61,701 bases of DNA, filler included, from Choristocarpus tenellus KU-1152 (GCA_964200185.2; 11 parts of 11 records of this genome joined end to end with filler, not necessarily neighbours in it), one strand, 5' to 3'; counted from the whole stretch's first letter, positions 41,801 through 55,272 are shown. A program made the numbers and translations. The notes: generated by a model not told the origin, from the letters alone.

Positions 41801-43849
41801 AGAACCGAAACAGAGACTGTAAAAAAACCCCGACATAGACCAAACACTATAATTTTTGTTGACGACACAATAAGAAGATTTTGACAGGCCTCCGACAAGA
41901 AGAAAACGAGAAGACAACAAAAACGAGCTGCAAGCAAGTACTTCTCTCACGTTCTTAAGTTTTCTTATCTCCACCTCCGTCATTCTTGTCAACATAGGCC
42001 TAATACACACCACAGCTGTTGTAAACCCGTTGTTAGAACCAAAGAAAAAAAGAAGTTGATTGTTTCCACTGATAATTTCAAGGTCAACATTCAACAGTGT
42101 CACCAACAAAATACGCAATGCAGCGATGAAACTATCAAGGGATACGCGAAATGACGGAAAGAAGAGTAATGGCATAAAATGGTAGAGAGTTTTGGAAACA
42201 AGAGAAAAACATTCTGCTTTGTACGAACTAAAAATTGAACTCGTACTTGAAGAAAAATGGAGGATCCACCGCTTGCCAGCAGGGGGGCAGCCACCTCAGT
42301 TAGTGTCCACTATCATCACTCACTATTGTTGTGGCCATGGCTGGGCAAAGGGAGAGCACCCACTCGCTCGGAGGCGGAACAAGGTTCACCTCTGCAAGGA
42401 AGGTAAGAGCTGCAGCTACCTGCAGGGGGCAGTGGAGAGGGGTGGGGAAATGACATCCCCTAGAGATTTACAATGAATGCAAGGCGCGGCGGCGACAAGG
42501 ATGCGCATCAGTCGGTGGGATGGATGGAATAGGTGAGCTCGGTCAGTCAGCCAAGGACGCAAGGTAAGAGGGTGGCAGCGAAAGACAACCAACTTGTCGA
42601 TCGAGGCCAACCTGTGCAGTGAGACCGCAGTCTGTTGGGGAGAAAGCGTTTCCCACGCACATAATGTACGTGCGTAAACACAAACAAGCGAATCGCAAAA
42701 AAGATCGAGGCAGTAGGTACAACAAGTAAGCACGGGCTTAGCTGTGCTGTGCACATTAGGCGGGTGTGTAAGAGTTATTGTTGCTACTGACTGTTGTTGT
42801 TGTGTCCGTTCGCCGCGTTCGTTCGTTGGGAGGAGCGCAAGCGCAACCTCCCCAGTAAAAAAATATACGGTAGAGAAGCTTCCGAAGAGACTTTCTGCAG
42901 GGATTACAGCACTCCATGGTCTTTAGACCAAGTGCAAGAGCCTGCTCCCCCTGCGGTCACCAGTCATCTTGACCACTGGCAAGCCCCCGTCAGGTAAGTA
43001 TGCCATTGAGGTGGACGTGCGACATACATTTAAACTCAAAACGAATATACCCACAATAGTTTCGTGTGCTTATTTTCCGCATTTTGCATCTCGCAACTTT
43101 CAAATGCTTACTACTACACCTATTAATAGTACGGTTTCAAAACTACTACTCCGACAAGTATTTTTCTTTTCAAATATGCATGCAAGAAATTGATCATGTG
43201 GCCTGGTGTATTCTTGACATCAATGATTTCTCCTCGCTCCATGCCGGTCCCTGCTACTCGATCATCATCTGTAACCTGTCATCTGCAATCAAAAATCGGC
43301 GACGCATTACGGCACATCGGTCGAGTAAGACTTACTGCAAAATATTATAAGACCTTCAATTGCATGAATCGTTGGTTCTTGTGAAGTGCTCAGCGTAGAG
43401 CCTTGAAGTCTTGTGAGGCGAAGAGGTGACCTAGTGCACTGAAGCACGAGTGGAATCCAATGAGGTGAATCTTGCGACATGCTCTGTGAGAGCCTGATTG
43501 GATACAGTGGAGTATCAACATCGCACGAATACTGCCCTGTGTGGTGTATGATCACGACTCACGGTTGCACTACGCATAGGCATGGTTTATAGGAAGGCTG
43601 AAACATTTGGTAGGCGTTCTTCAAACATACAAACTCAGCGTATGATACGTGAGTTGTAAAAATGCTCAGAATTTGACTCAGGCCTTTCTATTTTTTTTCT
43701 TCACAGAAGAAATAGCAGTTGTATGTCGTATTGTGTTTTCTTTGCCTGGTATCACCCCCACTTTGACTTTGAGCTCATTCTGCAATAAGTGTACTTCAGC
43801 ACGCACCTGGATTGGATATATTCAGAGTTAATACATCCACGAGGCTCTA

Positions 43850-44760
43850 CTCAGAGCATGCATCACTATCCTGGACCATAGAACCATATACCTGTACCTG
43901 TGGATACATCCCACCTACTACCACACTCATACACCGGCAATGATGTAGCTGCTGCTGCAGCTGAGGCGCGAACGCACACCCACTACGAGGGCTCTTTTGA
44001 CCCACTAACTTAGTTGTAACCTCAACACCTTCGCGGTGTAAAGTTTTGGGCACCTCGGTAAGTGGGTAGAAAGTTTTCTGGATGAGTTGGCTACACTACA
44101 CACATGGTAGGGGGAAGAGGGGCAGGAGGCTCCAGCAGGAAGGGGGCTGTCAAATCCCTTCTACGACAGATAGTGTGTTTCACAGCACAAGTAGCTCCAT
44201 CTGGAAGTATCATGCGTTTTAAGTTGGAGACAACAGGGAGATGGACAAGGAGGGACTAGTTAGATTCTTGGGATGCTTCCATAGCTCCTCACCGTGGGGT
44301 GCAGGACTACGCTAGGTTAGAGGCACAGGAGGGCAGCGGTACAGCATAGCTGGTAGTAAAATAGTAAATAGATGATAGAAAAATGTCTTTCACATTTACG
44401 ACAACTGTTAATCTGAGTCAAAGTATCTCAGAGGGTAGGGCCACGTCCATTGGGGTAACAAAATCCATTGTTGCCATTTCGATGTAGTTTTGGGTATTGT
44501 GTTTGTTACGAAGGGTTGATATCATTGTTCCAGCAACACCTTTTCATAACGTACACATTTTGCCTACTCCGAAACATTTTGGACTAGGAAAATGTCATAA
44601 AAGAACCCATGGGAAGCCAAGCTCGAAATGGACAACAAGGCAAGACTCGTACCCTCTAAGTTACTTTCACTCTCTTTTACGAGTTATTCTGACATTTTTA
44701 ATGGTCTTTCATCGTTTTTTCCCCTGACACATCTGCAAAATATCAGAGGGCATAACAGTA
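43850..44760 (+). mobile_element. CRE/NeSL-like (restriction-like endonuclease) non-LTR retrotransposon 3' end, degenerate
   Basis: Translates with stops and frameshifts as AAAAAEARTHTHYEGSF...FAV*SFGHLGKWVESFLDELA...KGAVKSLLRQIVCFTAQVA...MRFKLE, typical of RLE C-termini (AE..K...Y / F.P.A.E.FG.LG). Followed by the shared 3' tail. Confidence 0.7.
44415..44672. mobile_element. MITE family A nested in the retrotransposon tail
   Basis: TIRs present; TCT duplicated on both sides; host sequence resumes in register with the uninterrupted copy at ~19530-19630. Confidence 0.92.
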
Positions 44761-45252
44761 AAATACATATTAACTCAAGAATCATTGTGCACTGAAATGC
44801 ACCTATAAATCGTGGAGGAAGCAGCCTATGTTTCAACACTGTAAACCATGCAGAGTGCAACAGTAAGTCGTCATCATTTCGGTACAATGCAATTGGCGGT
44901 AATTGTACACTGAGGAACCCTTACCAATGGACAGGCCTCATGGTCGACACTAGTTGATGGTACTGAACTGTTTCTAGGAATCACAGAGGGGATAGGTCTA
45001 TTTTTGAACACAAGATGTGGACAGCAGAACGACTGCTCTTGTCGTGGATAACGTACAGGGTCGTCTTCATCATCAGACGTCTTTTCCTCGGATTCTAGTC
45101 CCGTGCAGGGTGCGGTCAGACCAACTGCGCTCAACTTCCCCATCGCACAGTGCTGTCTCGTATGTGGTGCATTGCACATTGTGCAACCAGCTCAGGGTTT
45201 AATTTGTCTTGCACGGTGTGAACTGAGTTGTGGGGTCACTGTATGTGGATAT

Positions 45253-45471
45253 GAGTGAAAGTATCTCAGAGGGTACGAGTTTTGCCCTGTTTGTCTGTTT
45301 GGGCCTTGACTTCCCGTGGGTTTTTTTATGACACTTTCCTAATCGAAAATATATTGGAATAGGTAAAATATCTACATTATGAAATGGTGTGTCTGGAATA
45401 AGGATATGGACAATTCCTAACGAGCACAATAGCCAAAATTACATCAAAATCGCAACGTTGGATTGTGGGCC
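45253..45471. mobile_element. MITE family A, cut by contig end
   Basis: GAGTGAAAGTATCTCAGAGGGTACGAGTTTTGCCC... Confidence 0.9.
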
Positions 45472-45571
45472 NNNNNNNNNNNNNNNNNNNNNNNNNNNNN
45501 NNNNNNNNNNNNNNNTTAATTAATTAANNNNNNNNNNNNNNNNNNNNNNNNNNNNNNNNNNNNNNNNNNNN

Positions 45572-45622
45572 CAAATAGACGCCCTGGTGTAGACCCCCTC
45601 CCCCCCCCAGATACTTTGGGTG
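45572..45622. mobile_element. MITE family B terminus at contig start
   Basis: CCCTGGTGTAGA-polyC-AGATACTTTGGGT. Confidence 0.75.
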
Positions 45623-45702
45623 TAATCCTTCCAGTAAATCTATGGAATGTAGACTATTCCAGTACTCCAAAGAACATCTCCACATTCCCTTCTCTTACTC
45701 AC

Positions 45703-48700
45703 AGATGGGCCTTGGGAAGTCCCTTGGCCCCATGCAGCACCAATTTCACAGCCAGATGAGCCTCTGGTCCTCTTTTTTCTTCTAGGTCAAACCGTTGGAG
45801 TCGGAGCACCAGGTGCCCTAATGCAACCCCATCCCTGACTTTGCTGCCATGGCCACCATGCGTAGAGAAGAGCGGAACATGGACAAAACCATCCCTAGTC
45901 GTTGCAAGGTTAATCTCTCCCTTGGATATCACGACTGGACTGTTTTCCTTCCTGTGCTCTCCATTTTCGAAGTTGAAACCATCACCCATGTTGCCGCCTC
46001 CATCATTCCCCCCACTCCCCTCCCTGCCTCCTAGATTGATGATGCTTGTTCCAACACCGTGACCTTGGATCTCTGCAAAGATTGAGGTGATCTCGGAGCT
46101 AATGTACAGATGATGAGACCCCTCCTGCCACCGTAGTGCTGAAGTAATCGGGCAAGGCTTGGTTCGATAGATGCTGCCCATACCAGCAGAAATAGAGACA
46201 GATACCTTCAACTCGGCCTTGACTGAAGTTAGACCTTTGAAGGTGGTCCCATTTGAGGGAGAAGAGGGAATATGTAAGATGCCAGAGGGAGACGACCATT
46301 GCTGCTTTTTCACTGATCATCTGGTCTTGATTGAAACTAAGCCAAGGGGAGATGCCGTTTAGAGAAGAGACAAAATACATAAAGGGTTGTAAGGTAAGGC
46401 GGAAAAAGACTTAGCACTCTTCGAAATACCTTGTAATACTAAACATTAACATTGAGGAAACCTTTCACAGTCCCTTGAAAATGTCTGGGTGCATTCCATC
46501 AAAGGGAGAACTTACTTAAGAGTGTATCCGACAGCTCTGCTGATATTACTTCCACCTCAAGAAGGGATGTTTTCTTTTCCGCAGAGGGGTCACCACTACC
46601 ATGAACAGGGGCATGCTTTGTCAATAGGTATATGCTTCCTTTTGAGGGCTTGATCCTCCACACTTCAACTTTCGAGGAAGTCACCACTGCCGATGTCAGT
46701 GCCTTCAGTTCATGGAGGAGAGTGAGACACAAGAAGGAAATTGGGGCTGGTGGCTGGTCGTTGATCAGATTAGAGATTAAACAATTATACTCTGCAATTG
46801 TACAGAATGTGTGTGTGTGGACCAAAGCTCCACTTCACATTGACCAATTTAAGGCCAGGCAAGTTCATGACTATGAAGAGGGTGGTGCAAAGGACCAGCT
46901 TGGACCTAGCTTGAGTCCCAAAGTAAATATCCTTGCTCACCAGCATGGCTGCATCCAGTACTTCCACCAGAGTCGATGAACAGTTCTTGGCAGACGCTGA
47001 GATAATCGATAAAGCCCTCAATTTGCGGTCAGAATCAATAGTCTCACCCAGTAGCCTGCATTAAGGAACCATTCACCACAAAAACAGATGAACAAGGCAC
47101 GTGGCTTCTTACTGTGACAGAAAGTCCTGAAGGAGTTTCTTATAAAAGTAAGAAACAATCGAATACCTATATTCTAGTCTCCAATACTGAGTGGATATAT
47201 TCTCCACTTCTACTCAATAGAATCTGCTCCACTATGCACTTACCTTGCAGCCTTGCACATTGTTTCGAGTGCTTTTGGCTCCAGTTTCTTCTCCTGGGAC
47301 TTTCCTATGTAGTCAAAAGTATCGAATCCAAGGATCCCAATGGAACTACACCCCAGTTTAGTCACAAGTGGAACACATACGAATGGCCAGCCAACCCGTC
47401 CTCCATAGTCAAAGATCCTTGGCACAGCTCTTGTAGGAGTCTTGACCTTACTTTGAGTAGCTTGTGACAGAATTCTGGGGGCAGCAGCTTTCTGTACACC
47501 CTGTTGGAGTTTTTTTTTGAGATATTGAGCGTGGAGCCGACCTAATTTGCCTCGAAAAGACTTCTGCACCGTAACAGCGCTCTCTTCTGTAGAAAAAATG
47601 TTACCAGCTTTAACATCCTTGTTCTTGCTCCGTTCCCTGATGGTGATCATGCGGCTGTTAGCACTTGCATCCCCGTCTCCGCTAAAACGACCAGTTTTCG
47701 CATGGAACCCTTTCAGCATCCTGCCCACCCCTGAAGTGGCAATGGTAACGGGCTGGGAAGGGGAGAGTGACTCTACTGCCCTCCCTGGATCAGAACCACA
47801 GATCTTACTGTCCCCATCAGGGAACATGACATGAGGGAGGAATTGGGGTCCCACACAGGAGAAGCTTATTCCCTCACCCCTCTTGAGTACATTACCAGTC
47901 ATTTGGGATCTGCGGTTACTAGCTACAAAACGAATAACTTGTCCTCCATATTGGACGAGTCCCACATACATTGAGACACCTGGAAGGGTGCTTTCCAGTG
48001 CCGAGAGGAACTTACTGAAGAGGTCATTATACGCTCTCTTGTCCTTTGCACCACCAAGTTCCAACCTTTGTTGAAATCCAAATTCTCCTTCATTTTGAGG
48101 CTTCTCCTGTTCTTCTCTGTGTCTCTTATGCCTATACGTCTTCTTATGAGTTGGTTTTACCCCTGCAATGCTAGTCTCCTCAGATCTGTCCTCATTATCC
48201 TTCTCCATCTTGGGGGCGGCAGTAATGACTTTGTCAGTCTTGCTGGTCTTTGAGAAGGACTGCAAGCGCTGGTGGCTCCAATTTGTGCAAACAGATTCCA
48301 CATGCTTCAAGGCTAGCCTGCACTGTTCATTGCGCATATCCAGTGCCCTTGCCTTACGAAGTAGCCCTTCTGTCTCTGCTGCAACTCCACGGAGAAATAT
48401 CTCATCTTCTGCAGGGGCCTGTTCGGTGGTAGAATTAGAGCTCCCAATGACTGTGAAGTCTACCCTGTGAGCAACAATGGCATGCCGTAGTCCAACTTCA
48501 GGGCCCACCCAATTGCCCCCTATCTTAACCCCAATATCTGAGAAGGGTGCTACTGCCAATGTTGGACCGCGTGGGCAGCAAGAAGGCTGAGAAGCGCACA
48601 CAAGTTCTATGGCATCCTCAAAGATGGCAGGGGGTACAGGATTACCTGGTGACACCGGCATGCGCCTTGTCCGTTCTGAACCCTCTGCATTAGTCATGTA

Positions 48701-49930
48701 TAGGACATCTACTGAGTCGCCATGGCCTTGACTGTGTACCTGCCCTTGACTAAAGACCTGTTTGGACGTCTGTTTACTGATGCCTGAGGCATTTGTCATG
48801 GTGACTCGCTTTGCTGTTGATGCAGCAGTCATTACCTGTGTTGCCCAACGTTCACCAACCTTAGGTGTTAATCGCAACTCAATTGATGGGATCTCTCCTA
48901 GTGGTGAGTTTGTCTCTATACTTTCCACTGTTCTTTCATGCTCCGACTTTGGAGGCAAGAGCGGAAAAGATACCTGGCCAGGTTTGCTCCAGATAAGATC
49001 ATCAGGACCAAGATCAACCATGCCTGCAAGAAAAGGGCTATCCTCTCGCTCCCCCCCCCTTTCTACCTCCACTTTTACTGCTGTGTTAGGTCGCTTGAAG
49101 TCAAGTACACCTAAGGCCTTGTGAGGTTCCATTTTGTTTGTTTTACTGGGTGCTTCCTGGTACCATACTTCAACTGACAACCTGTATGGCAAACTCCATC
49201 CATTTGCAGGGGATAGAGAGAGTGGAAATATATGCCCCTGATCCTCCCACTCAACACTCATCTTCTCACCAGTGCTAACTCCAGTGTTCCCACTGTTGCA
49301 TATGCTGCCACCAACGCTGGATATGCAACTTGCTGGGAGTGTGCGACCCAATTCCTTCCCATCAGCTCTCAAAACACAGAACATGATCCTCCTGGATATT
49401 GTATGGCAACAAAATTAAATGAATTTCGCAAGTTGTGGCTATCAATCGCCCTGTCCTGAAACCAAGCTGTGTGACGTGCTGCCACAATTCTCACACATTC
49501 CTTGGTCCTCCATTAACATTTCTTGAGATATATGTTGATACTAACATAACACTTACAACTTTCAATTCCAGTGGGTTTGCCACAATTTCGTTGACCAATG
49601 CAATACAATAATATTCCATACAGAGTCTGCTAGCCTCTGCCCATTTACCTCGCCCACTAGGTATACCTTCAACTTCAATTCCTCCCTAGTTCCACCTACC
49701 TACATCCATTTCCAGGCACATTCTTGGCCCTTAGCACCTCCACCACGACCACATCCTTCAGAGCTTCAGAAGCCAGACTCTCGCCTCCACGACGGATCAT
49801 CAACTGCAGGATCAATGAGCCCCGGATGTCAATATTCCCTGTATTCTTCCCTCCCAAGCTGGGGCGCAGTGGATATGATATGTCTGTCCCATGAATAATA
49901 TGAGGGACAAAGTCGCCTGACAACATAACC
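45703..49930 (-). CDS. Large protein with multiple C2 domains, a GAF-like region and an IQ motif (internal exons only)
   Basis: Phase-consistent exons 49930-49700, 49391-47244, 47055-46941, 46702-46516 and 46312-45703. C2-like VVVEVLRAKNVPG..RIMFCVLRADGKELGRT and VKLVLHGAKGLPKA; IQ-like AVTVQKSFRGKLGR; GAF-like MYVGLVQYGGQVIRFVAS...LKRGEGISF...FVCVPL...IGILGFD. Confidence 0.8.
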
Positions 49931-50009
49931 TGTGTTGAAGGGTTAGCATAATGTTGCACAATGGGGCCAATAAGTGTAGGGCTGCCTTACAGCTAGGACT
50001 CTAGACAGT

Positions 50010-50267
50010 GAGTGAAAGTATCTTAGATGGTACGACATTTGCTCTGTTTGTCCATTGAGGCTTGGTTTCCCACGAGTTTTCTTATGACATTTTACCTACT
50101 CCGAAATGTTGTGGAGTAGGTCAAATGTGTACGTTATGAAAAGGTGTATCCGGAATAACGATACTGGCACTTGTAACAAACATGAGAGCCAATGTTACAT
50201 CAAAATCGTAAAATTGAATTTTGACCCTCAAACAGACGCGACTCTACCCTCTGAGGCACTTTCAATC
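50010..50267. mobile_element. MITE family A copy (probably intronic)
   Basis: TIRs present (right one degenerate); AGT duplicated on both sides. Confidence 0.9.
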
Positions 50268-51435
50268 AGTTCAGGTTCATGATGGGGATATGACTTTTGA
50301 TAGTTTCCTGTCTTCACAGGTACTTTTCTTTCATCAGGCACACCAAACCAATGCTACTACTCTACCAAGAGTAGCAGTCTCTCAACTGTCTTGTTTGGTC
50401 AACATTCTGATCTTGGCATTGAGTATTGAAGCGAACAGTTGGTATTCTAACATAGAAGAAGATTCGACTTTATCCAACCTCACAGGGGATGTAAAAACTG
50501 AGCCAAGGTAAGCAAGAGGTACCCAGGGTTGCATTTTAAGGGTCATTTAAATTTGGGTCTATGGTAACAGAAATTCCAGGTAAAGATTGCCAGTGACTGA
50601 TTGTATCAAATGTAGAGCCTCCACAGCACACACCATCTAATTAGAATTTCAGTACATTCACTGCTTGTCAGTTTTACAAATTCTCTACGGAAAGAAATGC
50701 TTGCGAATACTTGGTATGGGTGAAGCCAGAAGGAAGGAAGAAAGTGACAACTTCCTTGCTCAAATGCTAGCACTACATAGTACTTTCCAATAAGATTTAG
50801 TACCTATTGCTGGCAAGTACTTCGACATTTTGATTTTTCACATGCTTCAGAACAAGACGAAGCATAGAAACTATTTTTTGAAACCAGGACAGTGCAAGGA
50901 TTTGACAGCTGATTGATTCCGAACCTTATTCAACCAACACCAGAATATGATATGTACTATGTTGTTTCTAGTCGGTGCTCTAAATCCAATAAACGGCACG
51001 CCTTAAGCTCTGAGAAGAACAAATTTGAAGAAAAAAATCGCAAAAGATCTGCCATACTGTGTGATGATTTTGTCTTGACCACTTCCATTCGCAGTGATTG
51101 AACAATCAACGAGTGGCCCATCTTTTTTTGTAAAGCTCCTACATTCAGCATATACAGGGTAACAGGTGCATTGCGTGGGGGGTATGGATGTCCCCAGCTA
51201 TGGTAACTCTACCCACCCTACAAACAGCACACGCTACCACACACTGCCACCCAGCAGCAGTAGAAATCACTTCTAGCACCTGACCTCTTCTTGTGTCTCC
51301 TTTGGTTTGCATCTCTTGGGAATAAATACTATGTATTATATAAGGTTGTCGAATTGCAAATGTTATATCTTTTCTAACACTTGTACTTTCAGCAACTGTA
51401 CTGGAAAAAAAGATACATAGACATATACTTGTATG

Positions 51436-51469
51436 GGTCAAAGTATCTGGGGGGGGGGGGGGGGGGGGG
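51436..51469. mobile_element. MITE family B-type terminus at contig end
   Basis: GGGTCAAAGTATCT-polyG. A similar terminus (polyC-AGATATTTTGACCC) lies at ~51615-51637 on the next contig. Confidence 0.7.
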
Positions 51470-51667
51470 NNNNNNNNNNNNNNNNNNNNNNNNNNNNNNN
51501 NNNNNNNNNNNNNTTAATTAATTAANNNNNNNNNNNNNNNNNNNNNNNNNNNNNNNNNNNNNNNNNNNNCAAAAAAGTGAAAATCGAAAAAAGGATGAAA
51601 AACGGACGCCGACACCCCCCCCCAGATATTTTGACCCTCTACCCCCCTATTGCAACACACAATTTGT

Positions 51668-51771
51668 GACCAACCAGTAAGAACCCCTTTCACCACTGAC
51701 TTCCAGTCACCAACCACATCTTACGACCAACCAGTGCGACCCGTTTGTCACTGATTTCCAGTAACCACCAC
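51668..51771. repeat. Imperfect tandem duplication (~57 bp x 2)
   Basis: GACCAACCAGT...CACTGA(C/T)TTCCAGT.ACCA occurs twice. Confidence 0.65.
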
Positions 51772-52418
51772 TTTCCACTCCGCCACACAATTCAACATCA
51801 CTCCACAACCATACAAGAACACCCCTTCATCATCAACTTCAATCCGTGCCTTTGAACTAGAAGCCATCTGTTACAGGTGATACGTCTTGATGGCGATTTC
51901 ATAAAACACCATAACAACCTTGAAGTCCTAGATTCGATATATTTGTACTTCTTGACCATTTATTTATTATTTAGTTACTATCATAAGTTTAGGTGGTATA
52001 TCTTTGCCAGTTCCTTTTTTATGACGATTTTTATGATACTTCGAAGAGAATAATCCAAATTAGAGATCCAGCATACTTGGCGACTTATGCATCAGGAGTC
52101 ATTTACGTTCATCATCGTCATCTATAGGCTTGTGGACTGGAGCTATACATCCTGTGGAGGTAAGCTTCTGGAGTGTGCTGTAACGTGGAGGTCCTACCGA
52201 GTCTCTTCAAATTGGAGAGAAAACTTAGCTTACCGCATGGATTTTCTTCGGCTTAGTTTTGTGGTTTCCCTGGATGGTTTTGGGGCGTTTTCATCGTCTA
52301 CGGGATTTTCTCGGAATTGTTGTCAGCTCCCTGGAATGTTATGGACTCGTCTCCCTCTCCACTTCTCTTTAATTGGGGGGAAAGGTTCTGCTTCATTGCA
52401 TCTGTGGTTTATACTGTG

Positions 52419-52681
52419 GAATCGAAGTATCTTAGAGGGTAGAGGTGCGTCCATTTGGGGGCCATAATCAAATGTTGCGATTTTGATGTAATTTTGGCTA
52501 TCATATTTCTTAGGAGATGATGTCAATATCCCTGTTCTGGACCCGCCTTTTCATGAAGTATACATTTTACCTACTCCGAAACATTTTGGAGTAGGTAGAA
52601 TGTCATTAAAAACCCATTGAAAGCCAAGCCCCAAATGGACAAAAAGGGGAAAAACTCGTACCCTCTAAGATACTTTCACTC
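52419..52681. mobile_element. MITE family A copy
   Basis: TIRs present; TGTG duplicated on both sides. Confidence 0.9.
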
Positions 52682-53415
52682 TGTGTCCACTGGGTCGCAC
52701 CAATGACCTATGCCCTAGACCATAATCTCGAGGTCTCGAGATTATGCATAGGGGTGCTGTCAGCATTGATGTTGCGTTTTATAAATGTCTCGATTTTTTG
52801 TAGAGTAGGTTCCGCCTGATTCACACACTCACTCCTGTCGTCTGTTGGTGCCCTCGCTGTTTGTTTGCGTTCTACTTCGTTGCAATCATTGCTTTCAGGT
52901 ACAAAAGTAACCAGCAGTTCGATCAGTCACAATTCAATCGCAGATGGCTAAGGGGGCACAAGGTATGTTTTGTCTGTGACTCCCAGATACTTGTCTCAAG
53001 AATCTTAGATAAATGAGGAATCTGCACTTGGTGCTAAAGAGAAAGTTTTGATTTCAAGTCACCGTATTGGACGATACCTTCCAAAGAGGGAGATTGGGAG
53101 GAGGTTGACCAGACAGAAATAAATTAATTGCTTATCCAAAGGAGGGTCAGGTATGGCATGAGAAGATCGGAACAGGGGACCCTTATATGTTACAGGCGCC
53201 CCTCGATGCTCACCTTTCCAATATGTACAAGTCAAGTCCAATTCAAAGATTATCGAACATCAGCTCAGCAGAACAGGGGTACTCTCGAATGAATCAATTA
53301 GTACAAGAGAAATGTGTATTGGTATCAGTTAAGAGAGAACTGAATAAGTAGGACTCTCTGGGTCAGAAGAACTGAGCCGTTTGGAGCCGTTTTTAGGATC
53401 TCTTATCATCATTTA

Positions 53416-53675
53416 GAGTGAAACTATTTTAGAGGGTACGAATTTTTCCTTGTTTGTCCATTTGCGGGGCTTGGCTTCCCATTGGTTTTTTAATGACATT
53501 TTCCAACTCCAAAATGTTTTGGAGTAGGTAAAAGGTATACCTTATGAAAGGTGTGTCCGAAGCATAGATATTGAAACTTCCTAACAAACACGATAGTCAA
53601 AATTAAATCAAAATCGCACCATTGCATTTTGACCACCAAATGGACGTGGCTCTACCCTCTAAGATACTTTGGCTC
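53416..53675. mobile_element. MITE family A copy
   Basis: GAGTGAAACTATTTTAGAGGGTA ... TACCCTCTAAGATACTTTGGCTC; TTTA duplicated on both sides. Confidence 0.9.
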
Positions 53676-54996
53676 TTTACCGTTTGGGCTTCTTTGGTTT
53701 ACAAACATTGGAATATATTTGAGAACCTTTGCGACCTTTCCATCTGGGACCCTTTTGGGGTTCCCCACGCACGTATAGTGCTCGCGCTGGTTAAAGCGCG
53801 GGAAGAAATACTCGCGCTATTCGCCTGCAACATATATTCTAAGCCAAATTTGAAATGCCTTGTAACTTTTGAACTGGATCCTCAAAAGGAACAAGTGTGT
53901 GCTCTGATCAGGCTAGACGCAAATAGGGCGTTATTGTATCCTGTGACCTTGTGGACAGACACTTAAAGGGAACATGGATATATATTAATCACATCTGTGA
54001 TTAGGGTGATCGGAACTGGGGACCCATTCATTTTAGGCCATGTCAGGTATATATACTTTGTAAATTTTGAAGGGATGTTTCAGAAGGAGAAAGTACATAC
54101 TCAGATTAGACCAGATACAAACTGACTCTGATGGTATTCTGTGACCCCTGGGACAGATTTTCCCGAGGAAAACAAGGATATTCGTTGACCTATTTTAGGC
54201 CTAGTTGGAGTTATAGATTTTTTTATGAAAGTATGTACTCCGATTGGGTCAGACATCTATTGATTTCGACTCTGTCCTATGTCTTTTGGGGGTCCATTCT
54301 AAAAAAAAACGAGGAGATATGTCGATCATTGTTGGAATCTATGGGTTCATTTGGAACTGGAGTCCCTATCTATGTTGGAAACAACTGGCAGAGTCGGAAC
54401 TGGAGTCCCTATGTCACCAAGTGGCAATTAATACATGCTGCTGCAGCACGATTTGAGGTGATGGATGATATTTATTATCCTGACCTCGCACCCCCGAAGC
54501 AAGCCNNNNNNNNNNNNNNNNNNNNNNNNNNNNNNNNNNNNNNNNNNNNTTAATTAATTAANNNNNNNNNNNNNNNNNNNNNNNNNNNNNNNNNNNNNNN
54601 NNNNNTGTTACGTAGGTATTCCGAATCTTACTCTGCATCTCCTTCTTCTTGTCTTCACTACTGGTCAAATTGCAATACTTTCCAAGGTTAATTGCAGAGG
54701 GTATGAGCCTCAGCGGTATGAAGATCAATCTGAAGAAACTTGTTGTCTGGACCGGGGCCACAGAATGGTCATTGGAGACCTGGTCCACTTGGAGACTGTC
54801 GTTGATAAGCCATGCTGGGGGAAGGGGGATGTACGAGATCACCACGAGGGACAGCACGGATTTCGTAAATTAAACTCGAGCGGCTACTTGCCGATTTCGA
54901 GCAGCTGAAGGAGCCAAAGGCAGAGGACATGAAAATGGCATCTATACTGCTTGGCATCAGGGATGCCATGCCACATGTGTCCCTTCGATTGATAAC

Positions 54997-55272
54997 GAGT
55001 GAAAGTAACTTAGAGGGTACGAGTTTTGCCATGTTTGTTTGGGGCTTGGCTTCCCACGTTCTTATGTATGACATTTTCCTATTCCGACATGTTTCGGAGT
55101 AGGAAAAATGTATACGTTTTGGAGTAGGCATCATGTATAAAACTATGAAAAGGTATGTCCGGAACAAGGATATTGACACTTCCTAACACGATAGCCAAGA
55201 TTACGTCAAAATGACAACATTGGATTTGGCCCGCAATCGGACGCGGCTTTACCCTCTAATATACTTTGACTC
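54997..55272. mobile_element. MITE family A copy inside copia gag (small internal duplication)
   Basis: TIRs present; flanks TAAC/GAAC. Confidence 0.9.

Noticed and set aside
40100-43400. Possible decayed transposase ORFs (Cys-rich stretch near 42740-42810)
   Set aside because: No recognisable catalytic motif or TIR pair; cannot be supported by eye.
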